Part shown: positions 48,169 through 58,535 of the stretch, in pieces | Layout: each line of letters begins with the position of its first letter | Numbering within the stretch: the first letter of the stretch is position 1 | Notes under the pieces: generated by a model | Database searches by the model: none | Told to the model about the DNA's origin: nothing | What the model saw: only the letters and a program-made list of their open reading frames with translations | Assembly (NCBI GenBank): GCA_963807225.1 | Contig: CAWEAD010000005.1 | Span: 544,456-608,455 of the forward strand | DNA from: an uncultured delta proteobacterium | GTDB taxonomy: Bacteria > Desulfobacterota > Desulfobulbia > Desulfobulbales > JAGXFP01 | Direction of reading: 5' to 3' | Length of the DNA: 64,000 nucleotides | Translations under genes and position numbers: made by a program

Positions 48169-48813
48169 TCAGAAAAAATCTCCGGTATCGCCTTTACCCT
48201 GTCTGATTATCTCGATTTCATCATTCAACATTGAGACCACGGTGGACGGCGCCGGGTAGACTTGGCCCCCGTCAATAATAACATCCAACTGATTGCCAAG
48301 GCGTTCCTGAATCTCGAACAGTTCGGAAAGGAAATGATCCTTATCTACCGTTGCGGCACTGGTCGTCAGAATGGGATTGCCCAGTTCATTAATCAGAACC
48401 CGGCAAATTTCGTTGTCCGGTACCCTGATACCCACGGTTTTTTGTTTGGTGACCAGAATTTTTGGGACTATCTTAAGAGTCGGTAAAATAAAGGTATAAG
48501 CCCCCGGCAACTTTTTCTTCATCAGGCGATAGACCGTATTGGAGACATGACAATACTGGCTGAGATCCTTGAGATCGGCGCACATGAAGCTGAAGGGCTT
48601 GTCCTTCGGACGCTGCTTGATCTGATAAATACGCTTTACCGCCTTCTGGTTGAAAATATCGCAACCAATCCCGTAGCCGGTGTCGGTGGGATAACAGATT
48701 ATCGCGCCCTGGCGCAACATTTCAGCCACCTGCCGGATCAGGCGCGGCTGCGGGTTATCCGGGTTAATCGATATCATCTGGGCTTGGCTCATAATCTTTA
48801 AACCATCCTCCAA
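48169..48813 (-). CDS. Sua5/YciO/YrdC-family (threonylcarbamoyl-AMP synthase-like) protein
   Basis: YPTDTGYGIGC, IYQIKQRP..KPF, PGAYT, TVGIRVP, TTSA. Confidence 0.9.
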   Translation of the reverse strand: MEDGLKIMSQAQMISINPDNPQPRLIRQVAEMLRQGAIICYPTDTGYGIGCDIFNQKAVKRIYQIKQRPKDKPFSFMCADLKDLSQYCHVSNTVYRLMKKKLPGAYTFILPTLKIVPKILVTKQKTVGIRVPDNEICRVLINELGNPILTTSAATVDKDHFLSELFEIQERLGNQLDVIIDGGQVYPAPSTVVSMLNDEIEIIRQGKGDTGDFF

Positions 48814-48907
48814 GGGCTTGGACCATTATTATTTCTTGATACTTGAAACGCCGGACGACCGGCAAAACCCGAACCGTAATTTTATTACATCCACCCCCTT
48901 GTAAGCA

Positions 48908-49835
48908 ATGGATAATGGTTCCCCACCAGTAGCAGCCATCGATCTTGGCAGCAACAGTTTCCGACTCTTGATTGGGCGCGCCTCTACCTCCGTCGACCAC
49001 CGCCCCCTCACCTTGACCCGCCGAAGAGCTTCAGTAAGTCTGGCCCGGAGCTTAAACGATTCCATGGAGCTTGCCCCGCAGACCATGGTTGCGGCACTTG
49101 AGTCCCTGCGGGAATTTCGCCGGGTAATGAGCGAACTTACCGTCGGTCGCTGTCGCTGCTGCGGCACCGCTGTTCTGAGACAAGCCGCCAACCGCATGAT
49201 TTTTCTGGAAGCAGCCGAGTCCATACTCGAAACCAAAATCGAGGTTCTCACACCGAAAAAAGAGGCGGAACTTGGTTGCCAAGGAGTTCTAGCCGCACTG
49301 GCCGAGGCGTCTCCGTAACCCATGCCTGATCGTCGATGTCGGTGGCGGCAGCACCGAATTGAGTTATATCGATAAGTTTTGGTCGTCAAATGCGTCGACT
49401 TCCCTGCCGTTTGGGGCTGCAACCCTCGCCGCCAGAGGATTGACTGAAAAGATTAGTCTGCTCAATCGCCTGAGAATCGCCATCGGCGAGATCGTCCCTC
49501 ACGGGCTGCCTGACCCGGCCCCGACCTTGGTGGCAACCGGCGGCACCGCATCAATTCTGGCGGCACTCGCCCAAAGTTTGGATCATTATGCGCCCGACCT
49601 GATCCAGGGATTCCATCTGATCGGGTCTGAAATTCCGGGTCTGGCGGCCAGACTCAGGGGGCAGCTGACCACCGGCCAAAACCTGCCGAAAATAGCCCGG
49701 GGCCGGGAAGATATTCTCTCGTTCGGTCTGGAAATATATCAAGAGATTCTTGCAACAATTGGTGGTGAAGGTATGATAATCAGCGATGCCGGTTTACTCG
49801 AAGGCATTCTGCTCAGTCTGCTCGAAACCGCATAA
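48908..49835 (+). pseudogene. Short Ppx/GppA-family phosphatase, frameshifted near 49316
   Basis: AAIDLGSNSFRL and GTAVLRQAAN in frame 1, which ends at TAA 49316-49318. LIVDVGGGSTE, SLPFGA and ISDAGLLEGIL lie in the +1 frame. Confidence 0.82.
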
Positions 49836-49931
49836 GCAATTGTGCAACTTCGCCATTACTCATTGACTTGGATATAAGCAGGAAAGCAAGACACCGTACA
49901 CTCTCATCCTGAATTCTCTTGGAGAAAATTT

Positions 49932-51398
49932 ATGAATATCGACAAAATCAGACCTGCTTACACTTTCGATGATCTGCTCCTGGTACCGGCCAGCTCGAAA
50001 GTATTGCCTTCCAATGTCAACCTGGCTACCAAACTGACCCGTGAGATCAAGCTCAATATACCGCTGGTCAGCGCCGCCATGGATTCGGTAACCGAGCACA
50101 GAACCGCCATCACCATGGCCCGAGAAGGTGGTCTAGGCATTATTCACAAAAATATGACCTTTGAAGAGCAAGCCTTGGAGGTTGAAAAAGTCAAAAAGTC
50201 TGAATCTGGAATGATCGTCGATCCCATCACGGTCCAGACCGGCCAGACTGTCGGAGAAGTAAAGGAAATCATGAGTAATTATCGGATTTCCGGGGTGCCG
50301 GTTCTCGACCACAACAAGAGGTTGGCCGGAATTGTCACCAACCGCGACCTGCGCTTCGTCTCCGATCTAAATCTCAAAGTTGATGAGGCCATGACCAGTA
50401 AGAATCTGGTTACTGCCAAACCCGGCATCACCCTGGAGCAGTCAAAGGCACTGCTTCACGAGCACCGGATCGAAAAACTGCTGGTGGTGGAGGAGGACGG
50501 CTCTCTGTGTGGGTTGATCACCATCAAGGATCTGGAAAAGATCAAAAAGTACCCTCAAGCCGCCAAGGATGAATTCGGCCGCTTGCGGGTCGGTGCCGCC
50601 ATTGGCATCGGTGGTGATTATCTGGCTCAGGTCGAACGACTGATCAAAGCCGGCGTCGATATCGTCGGGCTCGATTCGGCCCACGGCCATTCCCTGAATG
50701 TGCTCAACACTCTGAGGGAAATCAAGTCCTCCTTCCCGAACCTACCGGTTATCGCTGGCAATATTGCCACCGCCGATGGCGCCGAGGACCTGATCAAAGC
50801 GGGCGCCGACTGTATCAAGGTGGGAGTGGGTCCCGGGTCAATCTGTACCACCAGAATCGTCGCCGGAGTTGGCGTACCCCAGATGACCGCGATATACGAT
50901 TGCTCCCGGGTCGCGGAAAAACACGGGATCCCTCTGATCGCCGACGGCGGCATCAAATTTTCCGGCGATATCACCAAGGCCATCGGTATTGGCGCCAATG
51001 TAATCATGATCGGCAGCTTGTTCGCCGGTACCGACGAGTCCCCCGGCGACACCTTCCTGTATCAGGGTCGAACCTACAAAGGTTACCGGGGCATGGGTTC
51101 TTTAGGCGCCATGAAAAAAGGCAGCAGCGATCGCTACTTCCAGAATGAGGTTGAAAGTTCCTCCAAATACGTGCCTGAAGGCATCGAGGGCAAGGTCCCA
51201 TATCGTGGCCCTCTTTCCGCCATGATTTATCAGCTCATGGGTGGCCTGCGTTCAGGGATGGGCTATGTCGGTGCCGAGAATATCGACCAGCTTCGGGAAA
51301 AGGCCAGATTCGTCCAGATTACCGCCGCCGGCCTCAAGGAAAGTCATGTGCATGATGTGATCATCACCAAGGAAGCCCCAAATTACCGCTTGGGCTAA
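49932..51398 (+). CDS. guaB: IMP dehydrogenase
   Basis: [10 protein letters not shown], a CBS pair, [17 protein letters not shown]. Confidence 0.98.
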   Translation: MNIDKIRPAYTFDDLLLVPASSKVLPSNVNLATKLTREIKLNIPLVSAAMDSVTEHRTAITMAREGGLGIIHKNMTFEEQALEVEKVKKSESGMIVDPITVQTGQTVGEVKEIMSNYRISGVPVLDHNKRLAGIVTNRDLRFVSDLNLKVDEAMTSKNLVTAKPGITLEQSKALLHEHRIEKLLVVEEDGSLCGLITIKDLEKIKKYPQAAKDEFGRLRVGAAIGIGGDYLAQVERLIKAGVDIVGLDSAHGHSLNVLNTLREIKSSFPNLPVIAGNIATADGAEDLIKAGADCIKVGVGPGSICTTRIVAGVGVPQMTAIYDCSRVAEKHGIPLIADGGIKFSGDITKAIGIGANVIMIGSLFAGTDESPGDTFLYQGRTYKGYRGMGSLGAMKKGSSDRYFQNEVESSSKYVPEGIEGKVPYRGPLSAMIYQLMGGLRSGMGYVGAENIDQLREKARFVQITAAGLKESHVHDVIITKEAPNYRLG

Positions 51399-51437
51399 TC
51401 CCGAACTCAAAAGCAAGCCCCTGACAAGGAAACTCTG

Positions 51438-53009
51438 ATGGATATTCACGGCGAACGGATACTTATCCTGGATTTCGGTTCACAATACACCCAACTCATT
51501 GCCCGGAGGGTAAGGGAAGCCGGGGTCTACTGCGAGCTTCATCCCTGGGACCTCGAACCCGAACAGATTCGCCGCTTCGCGCCCCGGGGTATCATTCTAT
51601 CCGGCGGTCCGCAATCGGTACACGAAGAAGCGACACCACGGGCCGCCGATCTGGTCTTTACACTGGGGGTTCCAGTCCTCGGCATCTGCTATGGCCTGCA
51701 GACCATGGCTGCCCAACTGGGAGGTGAAGTCGAATCCGCCACCCACCGCGAATATGGCTACGCCCAAGTCAGAGCCCGGCATCACTCCAAGCTGCTGATG
51801 GATATCGAAGATCATACCACCCCCGAAGGTTACGCCTTGCTCGATGTCTGGATGAGCCATGGCGACCGGGTCAATAAGTTGCCGGCCGGATTCGTCGCCA
51901 TCTGCGAAAGCGACAACGCGCCCCTGGCCGGGATGGCCGATGAGCAAAGGGGTTTCTACGGACTCCAGTTCCATCCCGAAGTAACCCACACCCGTCAGGG
52001 AAAGAGAATTATCGAACGCTTCCTCCATGAAATCTGCGGTTGCGGTCAACTCTGGACTCCGGACAACATCATCGAAAATTCCATTCGGCAGATTCGGGAA
52101 CAGGTCGGTAGCGACGAGGTCCTGCTCGGCCTCTCTGGCGGGGTTGACTCATCTGTGGTGGCAGCTCTGCTACACCGGGCGATCGGCAAGCAGCTGATCT
52201 GTGTATTCGTCGACAATGGCCTGCTCCGGCTGAATGAGGGTGATCAGGTGATGACCACTTTCGCCAAGCATATGGGGGTAAAGGTCATCAGGGTCGACGC
52301 GGAAGAACGTTTCCTTTCCAAACTTAAAGGAATCGCCGACCCCGAGATAAAACGCAAAATCATCGGCAACACCTTCATCGAGGTTTTCGAGGAAGAAGCG
52401 GAAAAGCTCACCAATGTCAAATGGCTGGCCCAAGGCACAATTTACCCGGATGTGATCGAATCGGCCGGGGCCAAGACCGGCAAGGCCAAAGTAATCAAAT
52501 CCCATCACAATGTCGGGGGCTTGCCGGAATATATGAAGCTTGGTCTGGTCGAGCCTTTGAGGGAACTGTTCAAGGATGAGGTCCGCCGGATCGGCCTGGA
52601 ACTGGGCTTACCATCGGAAATGGTTCAACGCCATCCCTTCCCCGGCCCCGGTCTGGGAGTCAGAATTCTCGGCGAAGTTCACAAGGAATATGCCGACACC
52701 TTACGTTTGGCGGATCACATATTCATCGAGGAGCTGGTCAACAACAATCTCTACGACATAACCTCCCAGGCCTTTACGGTGTTCCTGCCGGTCAAGTCGG
52801 TGGGAGTGGTGGGGGACAATCGGCAATACGCCCACGTCGTGGCCCTGCGCGCCGTCGAAACCGTCGATTTCATGACCGCCCGTTGGGCTCATCTACCCTA
52901 TGAATTTCTTGATCACGTAACCAGGAGGATCTGTAACGAGGTGCGGGGAGTGTCGCGGGTGGTTTACGATATAACCGGCAAGCCGCCGGGGACCATTGAG
53001 TGGGAGTAA
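51438..53009 (+). CDS. guaA: GMP synthase (glutamine-hydrolysing)
   Basis: [42 protein letters not shown]. Confidence 0.98.
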   Translation: MDIHGERILILDFGSQYTQLIARRVREAGVYCELHPWDLEPEQIRRFAPRGIILSGGPQSVHEEATPRAADLVFTLGVPVLGICYGLQTMAAQLGGEVESATHREYGYAQVRARHHSKLLMDIEDHTTPEGYALLDVWMSHGDRVNKLPAGFVAICESDNAPLAGMADEQRGFYGLQFHPEVTHTRQGKRIIERFLHEICGCGQLWTPDNIIENSIRQIREQVGSDEVLLGLSGGVDSSVVAALLHRAIGKQLICVFVDNGLLRLNEGDQVMTTFAKHMGVKVIRVDAEERFLSKLKGIADPEIKRKIIGNTFIEVFEEEAEKLTNVKWLAQGTIYPDVIESAGAKTGKAKVIKSHHNVGGLPEYMKLGLVEPLRELFKDEVRRIGLELGLPSEMVQRHPFPGPGLGVRILGEVHKEYADTLRLADHIFIEELVNNNLYDITSQAFTVFLPVKSVGVVGDNRQYAHVVALRAVETVDFMTARWAHLPYEFLDHVTRRICNEVRGVSRVVYDITGKPPGTIEWE

Positions 53010-53078
53010 CCGCACCTTTGGCAGAATGAGTCCGAACTTTGGCTACGAAGCTCGGGTGAGGGATTTTATCAGGTGTAA

Positions 53079-53408
53079 TTATTCACGCGGGATTGCATCC
53101 CGAATCATGTAGGCAATTGAATTCCCGCGATCCTCAAGATAAAATCCAAAGCGATTATAGTAAGAGATTAGGCGCTGCAGCCTTTCTTCCGAGGTTTCTC
53201 CTATCGGACGAGCGGAAATCAGAACCTGCTTGCCCAGTTGATCGGCCAGGATCAGGACGTGGTTGATGAGTCTGGTTCCTATCCCTTTGTTACGATGAGC
53301 AGCCGGGACCATCACCGTATCGATGGAAAAAGAACCGAGGCCTTCGGAAAAACGCAAGTGGGCATAGTCATTATCAAGGTACCACTTGATTTCCCCGACA
53401 ACATTCAT
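53079..53408 (-). CDS. GNAT-family N-acetyltransferase
   Basis: VMVPAAHRNKGIGTRLI acetyl-CoA motif and YYNRFGF. Confidence 0.8.
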   Translation of the reverse strand: MNVVGEIKWYLDNDYAHLRFSEGLGSFSIDTVMVPAAHRNKGIGTRLINHVLILADQLGKQVLISARPIGETSEERLQRLISYYNRFGFYLEDRGNSIAYMIRDAIPRE

Positions 53409-53439
53409 ATTCGACCCGCTGCCTGGTAGGTTTGCGTAG

Positions 53440-53478
53440 AAAAAGAAAGAAGGGGAAGGAGTTTATCCCCTCCCCTCC
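53440..53478 (-). terminator. Terminator after the Roadblock genes
   Basis: Purine/pyrimidine stem (ggaggggagggga / tccttccccttc) plus a T-rich tail on the minus strand. Confidence 0.55.
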
Positions 53479-53485
53479 GTGAAAC

Positions 53486-53854
53486 TCAGGAAATTTCCGC
53501 CAGAACGGGATTTACCATCTTTTCCAGTTCCATCTTAGCAAGCGCCAGATTTCCTTCGGCTGAAACAATAACCAATAAATGAAAATGGACTTGAGCCTCA
53601 GCGCCGGAGCAGCGCATGATAATAAAACCTTTCGGGGTGTTTATGACCATTTCCAGGCATGACTTCAAACCGATCTTATCGGAAGCCTCATGAGCACTTC
53701 GAAAAATATCGTTAAAAGTTTTTCCAACCTTTCGAAGATCGATATTGGTATCCGAAGAATGGCTGGCCAGGAGTTCACTACGGAAGGTCATAATCGCCGA
53801 GGCTTTATAACCTTTGACTTTCTGCAAACCGACCAGATTACTTCCGAGCAACAT
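53486..53854 (-). CDS. Roadblock/LC7 (MglB-like) protein, copy 2 (122 aa)
   Basis: Aligns without gaps to the 122-aa C-terminal module of the upstream gene (GYKASAIM, TFNDIFR.AHEASDKIGL, TPKG.IIMRCSG, ALAKME.EKM). The track starts it at 53932. Confidence 0.75.
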   Translation of the reverse strand: MLLGSNLVGLQKVKGYKASAIMTFRSELLASHSSDTNIDLRKVGKTFNDIFRSAHEASDKIGLKSCLEMVINTPKGFIIMRCSGAEAQVHFHLLVIVSAEGNLALAKMELEKMVNPVLAEIS

Positions 53855-53938
53855 CTCTTCTTGATCGATGTGTTCGTAGGTGTCCCGCGGTTTTTTCCCG
53901 GTTGATCTATCCATAATGAACCCCGTTTGCAACTAAGA

Positions 53939-55327
53939 TCAGGCCAGCTCTTCCATAACCGGCGGGATCATCTTTTCCATCTCCATCTTCGCCAGGGCCT
54001 GATTACCGTCGGCGCTGAAGATGGTGATGATGTGATAATGCACCTTGGACTTAACCCCTGAACAGCGCATGATGATAACCCCTTTGGGGGTGCTGATGGC
54101 GGCTTCCCGGCAAGCCTCCAGGCCGATCTTGTCGGAAGCCTCATGGGCGGTCCGGAAGATATCGTTGAAGGTTGCCCCCACCATACCAAGATCGATATTG
54201 GGGTCGATGGAATCCTGAGCCAGGATTTCCCCGGTAAAGTTCATGATGGCGGAAGCCTTGTAGCCGTTAATCTTCTTGAATCTTTCCAAATAACTTTCCA
54301 GAGCCATAACCAAATCCTCCCTTGAGTTTTTTGGGTCTAAAAGAAACCCAACATCATTGCTTACTTTTACTGCATCTTTCTCCTCGACTTCTTCCCTGAT
54401 TGGCGCAGACTGGGGGGATTCTATCTCCTTATTTGTGCCTTTCCCAGGGGATTCTTCCCGACCAGCATGCGACATGGACTGAACTGCTTTTAATGATTCA
54501 GACTTAGCGTGATCAGATCCGAGAATTTCCAGGACCGTTTTCTTGATCTTTTTCTTGATTCTCTTGTCGGCAAAATCGGTGAACAATATCTCGCATTTCC
54601 GCCAGGCAAGGAGTTCCCGCATGGCCTCTTCACCGCTTTTCTCGCCGCAGATGGCATCGACAAGCTGCCCGTCCCGGATAAAGCAGGAGCCGCTTTGCGT
54701 GCCGGAAGATATCGCCATCAGAGTTGTTTTACCTTCTTTCTCCAACAAAGCCGCCACCAGACCCTGGGCCAGACTCTCCGAACCCGAGCCGTTTTTCATA
54801 CGCAAGCGGGAGGAGACAACCCCCTGTAGAGCAATAGGATTCAAAGGGTGGGTAATTATGCCGATGTTGCCCAGAGCTGCCAATTTCTCCAAGCCAGGGG
54901 CGGAATGACTGGTAACAACGACTACCGGAAGACGTGGATATTCCTGGAAAAGCTTGGCCAACAGCTTGAACCCTTCAAACCCGGGTAGACGCAAATCTAC
55001 AATAACCAGCTCAATTGCCGGATCGGCCGAGAGAAGATCGATCGCATCACTTGAATTCGCAGCGCCGTAAAATTCGAAATGAGTTTGACCGTTACGCAGA
55101 GTGGCTTCAATTGTCGGGAAAAAATCACCGGCATTCTTCCCTTCCACGACGCAGATCTTCGCCTCATGAAGGAAATCAGGATTACTTTGCGTCTCTTTGG
55201 CTAAAGTAGTGAACTTAGCAAGATTTTTTTCTGAGAAGGCGGCCAGACCACTCATCAGTCCATGCAACTCTTCTCTATTGGTCATTGAAATTACATACAT
55301 GCATGATTGATTCCCCCCCAGGAACAT
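53939..55327 (-). CDS. Atypical receiver + DUF4388/PATAN + Roadblock/LC7 multidomain protein
   Basis: VIVDLRLPG..G (receiver Asp, with Lys replaced in ITHP); SGSCFIRDGQLVDA..GEKSGEEAMRELLAW (DUF4388); C-terminal 122-aa Roadblock module starting at ATG 54307. Confidence 0.75.
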   Translation of the reverse strand: MFLGGNQSCMYVISMTNREELHGLMSGLAAFSEKNLAKFTTLAKETQSNPDFLHEAKICVVEGKNAGDFFPTIEATLRNGQTHFEFYGAANSSDAIDLLSADPAIELVIVDLRLPGFEGFKLLAKLFQEYPRLPVVVVTSHSAPGLEKLAALGNIGIITHPLNPIALQGVVSSRLRMKNGSGSESLAQGLVAALLEKEGKTTLMAISSGTQSGSCFIRDGQLVDAICGEKSGEEAMRELLAWRKCEILFTDFADKRIKKKIKKTVLEILGSDHAKSESLKAVQSMSHAGREESPGKGTNKEIESPQSAPIREEVEEKDAVKVSNDVGFLLDPKNSREDLVMALESYLERFKKINGYKASAIMNFTGEILAQDSIDPNIDLGMVGATFNDIFRTAHEASDKIGLEACREAAISTPKGVIIMRCSGVKSKVHYHIITIFSADGNQALAKMEMEKMIPPVMEELA

Positions 55328-55854
55328 CTTGACATTTTATTATATTATTAGAAAAACCCTACAAAATCAACTAAATAGTTGAATATTCGAAAACAATACT
55401 TCCACTATCGATAACAATTATTCTTTTTAGCTGGCCCCAATAACAGCTCGATATTCTTAGCTTTCCTATAATAAAATATTCACCGCCTATGCCACGCCGT
55501 GGCATATAAATTGTGATTGTCAGGATTCACCAAACAACCTATTGCGCCAATTACGCTAAACAATAAGTCCCAAACAGTGGGAATGATAAGCGGCCCCCTT
55601 TCCTCTCAGCCTTGACTGAGAATGAATAGCCTTGATGTCGAGAAAATATTTTAGAAGAAGGGAGGACCATCTAGCCTTCACCCCCTGTTGCCCGCGGCGG
55701 CAAATGCGGCAAAAGCGGATAGCTTCGAAAGGCCCTTGATGATCGGCCAAAAGCTTAATTTAAGTGCCCCTGCTTCATCATTCAGTGGGCCTTAAAGATG
55801 GCTTATGTTGTCGAACTAAAAGAGAGGACTAATCGTTTGCACTGCCCCCGAGGC

Positions 55855-55888
55855 AAAAAAAAACGAGACCCTAAGGCCTCGTTTTTTT
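55855..55888. terminator. Bidirectional terminator downstream of ahcY
   Basis: A-tract-cgag...ctcg-T-tract symmetric hairpin. Confidence 0.75.
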
Positions 55889-55951
55889 ACAAGATAGCGC
55901 AGAGTCAGGAGAGGGGCAACATCCCCCCCACCCGACTCTTGGCTCTATCGT

Positions 55952-57259
55952 TCAGTACCTGTAATAATCAGGCTTATAGGGGCCGGCCACCGGAACTCCG
56001 ATGTATTCCGCCTGTTCTTTGGTCAGGGTGGTCAGTTCGGCACCGATCTTTTTAAGGTGCAATAGCGCAACCTTCTCGTCCAAGGCCTTAGGCAGGAAAT
56101 AAACCTTGTTTTCATATTTCCCGGGGTTACCCCATAATTCGATCTGGGCCATAACCTGGTTGGTGAAGGAGTTACTCATGACGAAACTGGGGTGGCCGGT
56201 GGCGCAACCGAGATTGACCAGGCGACCTTCGGCCAGGACGATGATCCGCTTGCCGTCGGGAAAGATGACGTGATCAACTTGGGGCTTGATATTCTCCCAC
56301 TGGAGCTGACGGATGGAGGCAATATCGATTTCGCTGTCAAAATGACCGATATTGCAGACGATGGTCTGATCCTTCATCATCTCCATGTGTGCCCGGGAGA
56401 TAACCCGGACATTGCCGGTACAGGTAACGAAGATGTCGCCCAGGGCAGCGGCGCGTTCCATGGCCATCACTCGATAGCCCTCCATGGCCGCCTGCAGGGC
56501 GCAGATCGGATCGATCTCGGTGACGATCACCTGGGCTCCCATGCCCCGAAAGGCCTGGGCGCAACCCTTACCGACATCGCCATAGCCGCAAACCACCGCG
56601 ACCTTGCCGGCCACCATCACGTCGGTGGCCCGTTTAATCCCGTCCAGCAGTGACTCCCGACAACCGTAAAGGTTGTCGAACTTGGATTTGGTCACCGAGT
56701 CGTTGACGTTGAAGGCCGGGGCCAGGAGACTGCCCTTCTGCATCATCTCGTAGAGACGATGAACACCGGTGGTGGTCTCCTCGCTGATCCCGCGAATTTC
56801 CTTCATCAATTCGGGATATTTCTCATGCATGATCTGGGTCAGATCGCCGCCGTCGTCCAGAATCATGTTGGGCCGCCAGCCGTCGGGACCGAAGATGGTT
56901 TTCTCTATGCACCACCAGAATTCCTCTTCGTTTTCGCCCTTCCAGGCGAAGGTGGGGATACCTGCCGCAGCCATGGCGGCGGCGGCATGATCCTGGGTCG
57001 AGAAAATGTTGCACGAACTCCAGCGCAATTCGGCACCCAGGGCCACCAGAGTTTCCATCAGCACGGCGGTCTGAATAGTCATATGCAGACAGCCGGCGAT
57101 CCGGGCGCCTTTGAGTGGTTGACTGGCGGCGAATTCCTGCCGGGTGGCGATCAGGCCAGGCATTTCAGTTTCGGCAATAGCTACTTCCCGCCGACCCCAG
57201 CCGGCAAGGCTCAAATCGGCAACCTTGAAATCGCCGCTCTCGATCACTTTATTGCTCAT
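55952..57259 (-). CDS. ahcY: Adenosylhomocysteinase
   Basis: [52 protein letters not shown]. Start MSNKVI behind AGGAG. Confidence 0.97.
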   Translation of the reverse strand: MSNKVIESGDFKVADLSLAGWGRREVAIAETEMPGLIATRQEFAASQPLKGARIAGCLHMTIQTAVLMETLVALGAELRWSSCNIFSTQDHAAAAMAAAGIPTFAWKGENEEEFWWCIEKTIFGPDGWRPNMILDDGGDLTQIMHEKYPELMKEIRGISEETTTGVHRLYEMMQKGSLLAPAFNVNDSVTKSKFDNLYGCRESLLDGIKRATDVMVAGKVAVVCGYGDVGKGCAQAFRGMGAQVIVTEIDPICALQAAMEGYRVMAMERAAALGDIFVTCTGNVRVISRAHMEMMKDQTIVCNIGHFDSEIDIASIRQLQWENIKPQVDHVIFPDGKRIIVLAEGRLVNLGCATGHPSFVMSNSFTNQVMAQIELWGNPGKYENKVYFLPKALDEKVALLHLKKIGAELTTLTKEQAEYIGVPVAGPYKPDYYRY

Positions 57260-57272
57260 CTCCCAGCTCTCC

Positions 57273-58439
57273 TTATTTGAGTCCGGCCGCATCTTTAAGA
57301 GCGGCTGCTTTGTCGGTTTTCTCCCAGGTGAAATCCGCTTCTTCGCGGCCGAAATGGCCATAGGCGGCAGTCTGATGGTAAATAGGCCGCAAGAGGTCGA
57401 GGTGCTGAATAATCGCCTTGGGCCGCAGGTCGAAGATCTCATTGATCAGGTTGATGATCCGCTCGTCGCTGATCCGCCCGGTGCCGAAGGTATTGACGTT
57501 CATGGAGACCGGCTGGGAGATGCCGATGGCATAGGCTACCTGTACCTCGACCTCAGTGGCCAGGCCGGCAGCCACGATATTCTTGGCCACATAACGCCCC
57601 ATGTATGAGGAAGAGCGGTCGACCTTGGAGGGATCCTTGCCGGAAAAGGCGCCACCACCGTGAGAACCCATGCCGCCATAGGTGTCGACGATGATCTTAC
57701 GGCCGGTTACGCCGCAGTCGCCGACCGGTCCCCCGATAACAAAGCGGCCGGTTGGGTTGATGAAATATTTGGTATTTTTGTCGATCATCTCGGCCGGCAG
57801 TACCGGTTTGATGATCTCTTCCATAATTCCTTCCTTCAGATCCTCGTAGCTCACGTCGGGAGAGTGCTGAGAGGAGAGAACCACCGCCTCGATCCGCCGG
57901 GGCTTACGGTCCTGATACTCGATGGTCACCTGGCTCTTGGCGTCGGGCCGCAGCCAGGGCAGACGCATGGCTTTGCGAACCTCGGCCTGCTTACGCATCA
58001 AGCGATGGGCGTAGGTGATCGGCATCGGCATCAACACCCGGGTCTCGTCGCAGGCATAACCGAACATCAGACCCTGGTCACCGGCTCCCTGGTCGAGATC
58101 AAGGCCGGTACCCTCATTAACCCCCTGGGCGATATCGGGAGACTGCTTGCCGATGCTGGTCAGGACCGAGCAGGATTGCCAGTCGAACCCCATATCGGAG
58201 GAATTGTATCCGATCTCCCGAATAGTCTCGCGGACGATCTGGGGCATGTCGACCCAGGCGGTAGTGGTGATTTCCCCGGCGATCAGGGCCATGCCGGTGG
58301 TAACCATGGTTTCGCAGGCCACCCGTGAGTATTTGTCTTGGGCCAGGATGGCGTCAAGTATGGCATCGGAAATCTGGTCGGCGACTTTATCGGGATGACC
58401 CTCCGAAACCGATTCGGACGTAAAAAGATAGGAACTCAT
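57273..58439 (-). CDS. metK: S-adenosylmethionine synthetase
   Basis: [32 protein letters not shown]. Confidence 0.98.
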   Translation of the reverse strand: MSSYLFTSESVSEGHPDKVADQISDAILDAILAQDKYSRVACETMVTTGMALIAGEITTTAWVDMPQIVRETIREIGYNSSDMGFDWQSCSVLTSIGKQSPDIAQGVNEGTGLDLDQGAGDQGLMFGYACDETRVLMPMPITYAHRLMRKQAEVRKAMRLPWLRPDAKSQVTIEYQDRKPRRIEAVVLSSQHSPDVSYEDLKEGIMEEIIKPVLPAEMIDKNTKYFINPTGRFVIGGPVGDCGVTGRKIIVDTYGGMGSHGGGAFSGKDPSKVDRSSSYMGRYVAKNIVAAGLATEVEVQVAYAIGISQPVSMNVNTFGTGRISDERIINLINEIFDLRPKAIIQHLDLLRPIYHQTAAYGHFGREEADFTWEKTDKAAALKDAAGLK

Positions 58440-58500
58440 CGTTTATCCTCGTTATGTTCACGATTTTGCCGGACCGGGCCAGCCTGGATTGAACAACAAA

Positions 58501-58521
58501 AAAGCATAACTTTTATGCTTT
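58501..58521. promoter_or_regulatory. Perfect 9-3-9 palindrome upstream of metK (operator or weak panE terminator)
   Basis: aaagcataa-ctt-ttatgcttt. Confidence 0.45.
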
Positions 58522-58535
58522 AATGCCCGCTAATG

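Noticed and set aside
32220-49835. Programmed phase variation as a common explanation for the fau, sppA and ppx-like frameshifts
   Set aside because: The runs are short (G7, T5, A2) and lie in housekeeping genes. Several independent single-base indels in one window are better explained by assembly error until reads say otherwise.
58440-58535. SAM riboswitch upstream of metK
   Set aside because: The region is too short and has no SAM-I/II core motifs.
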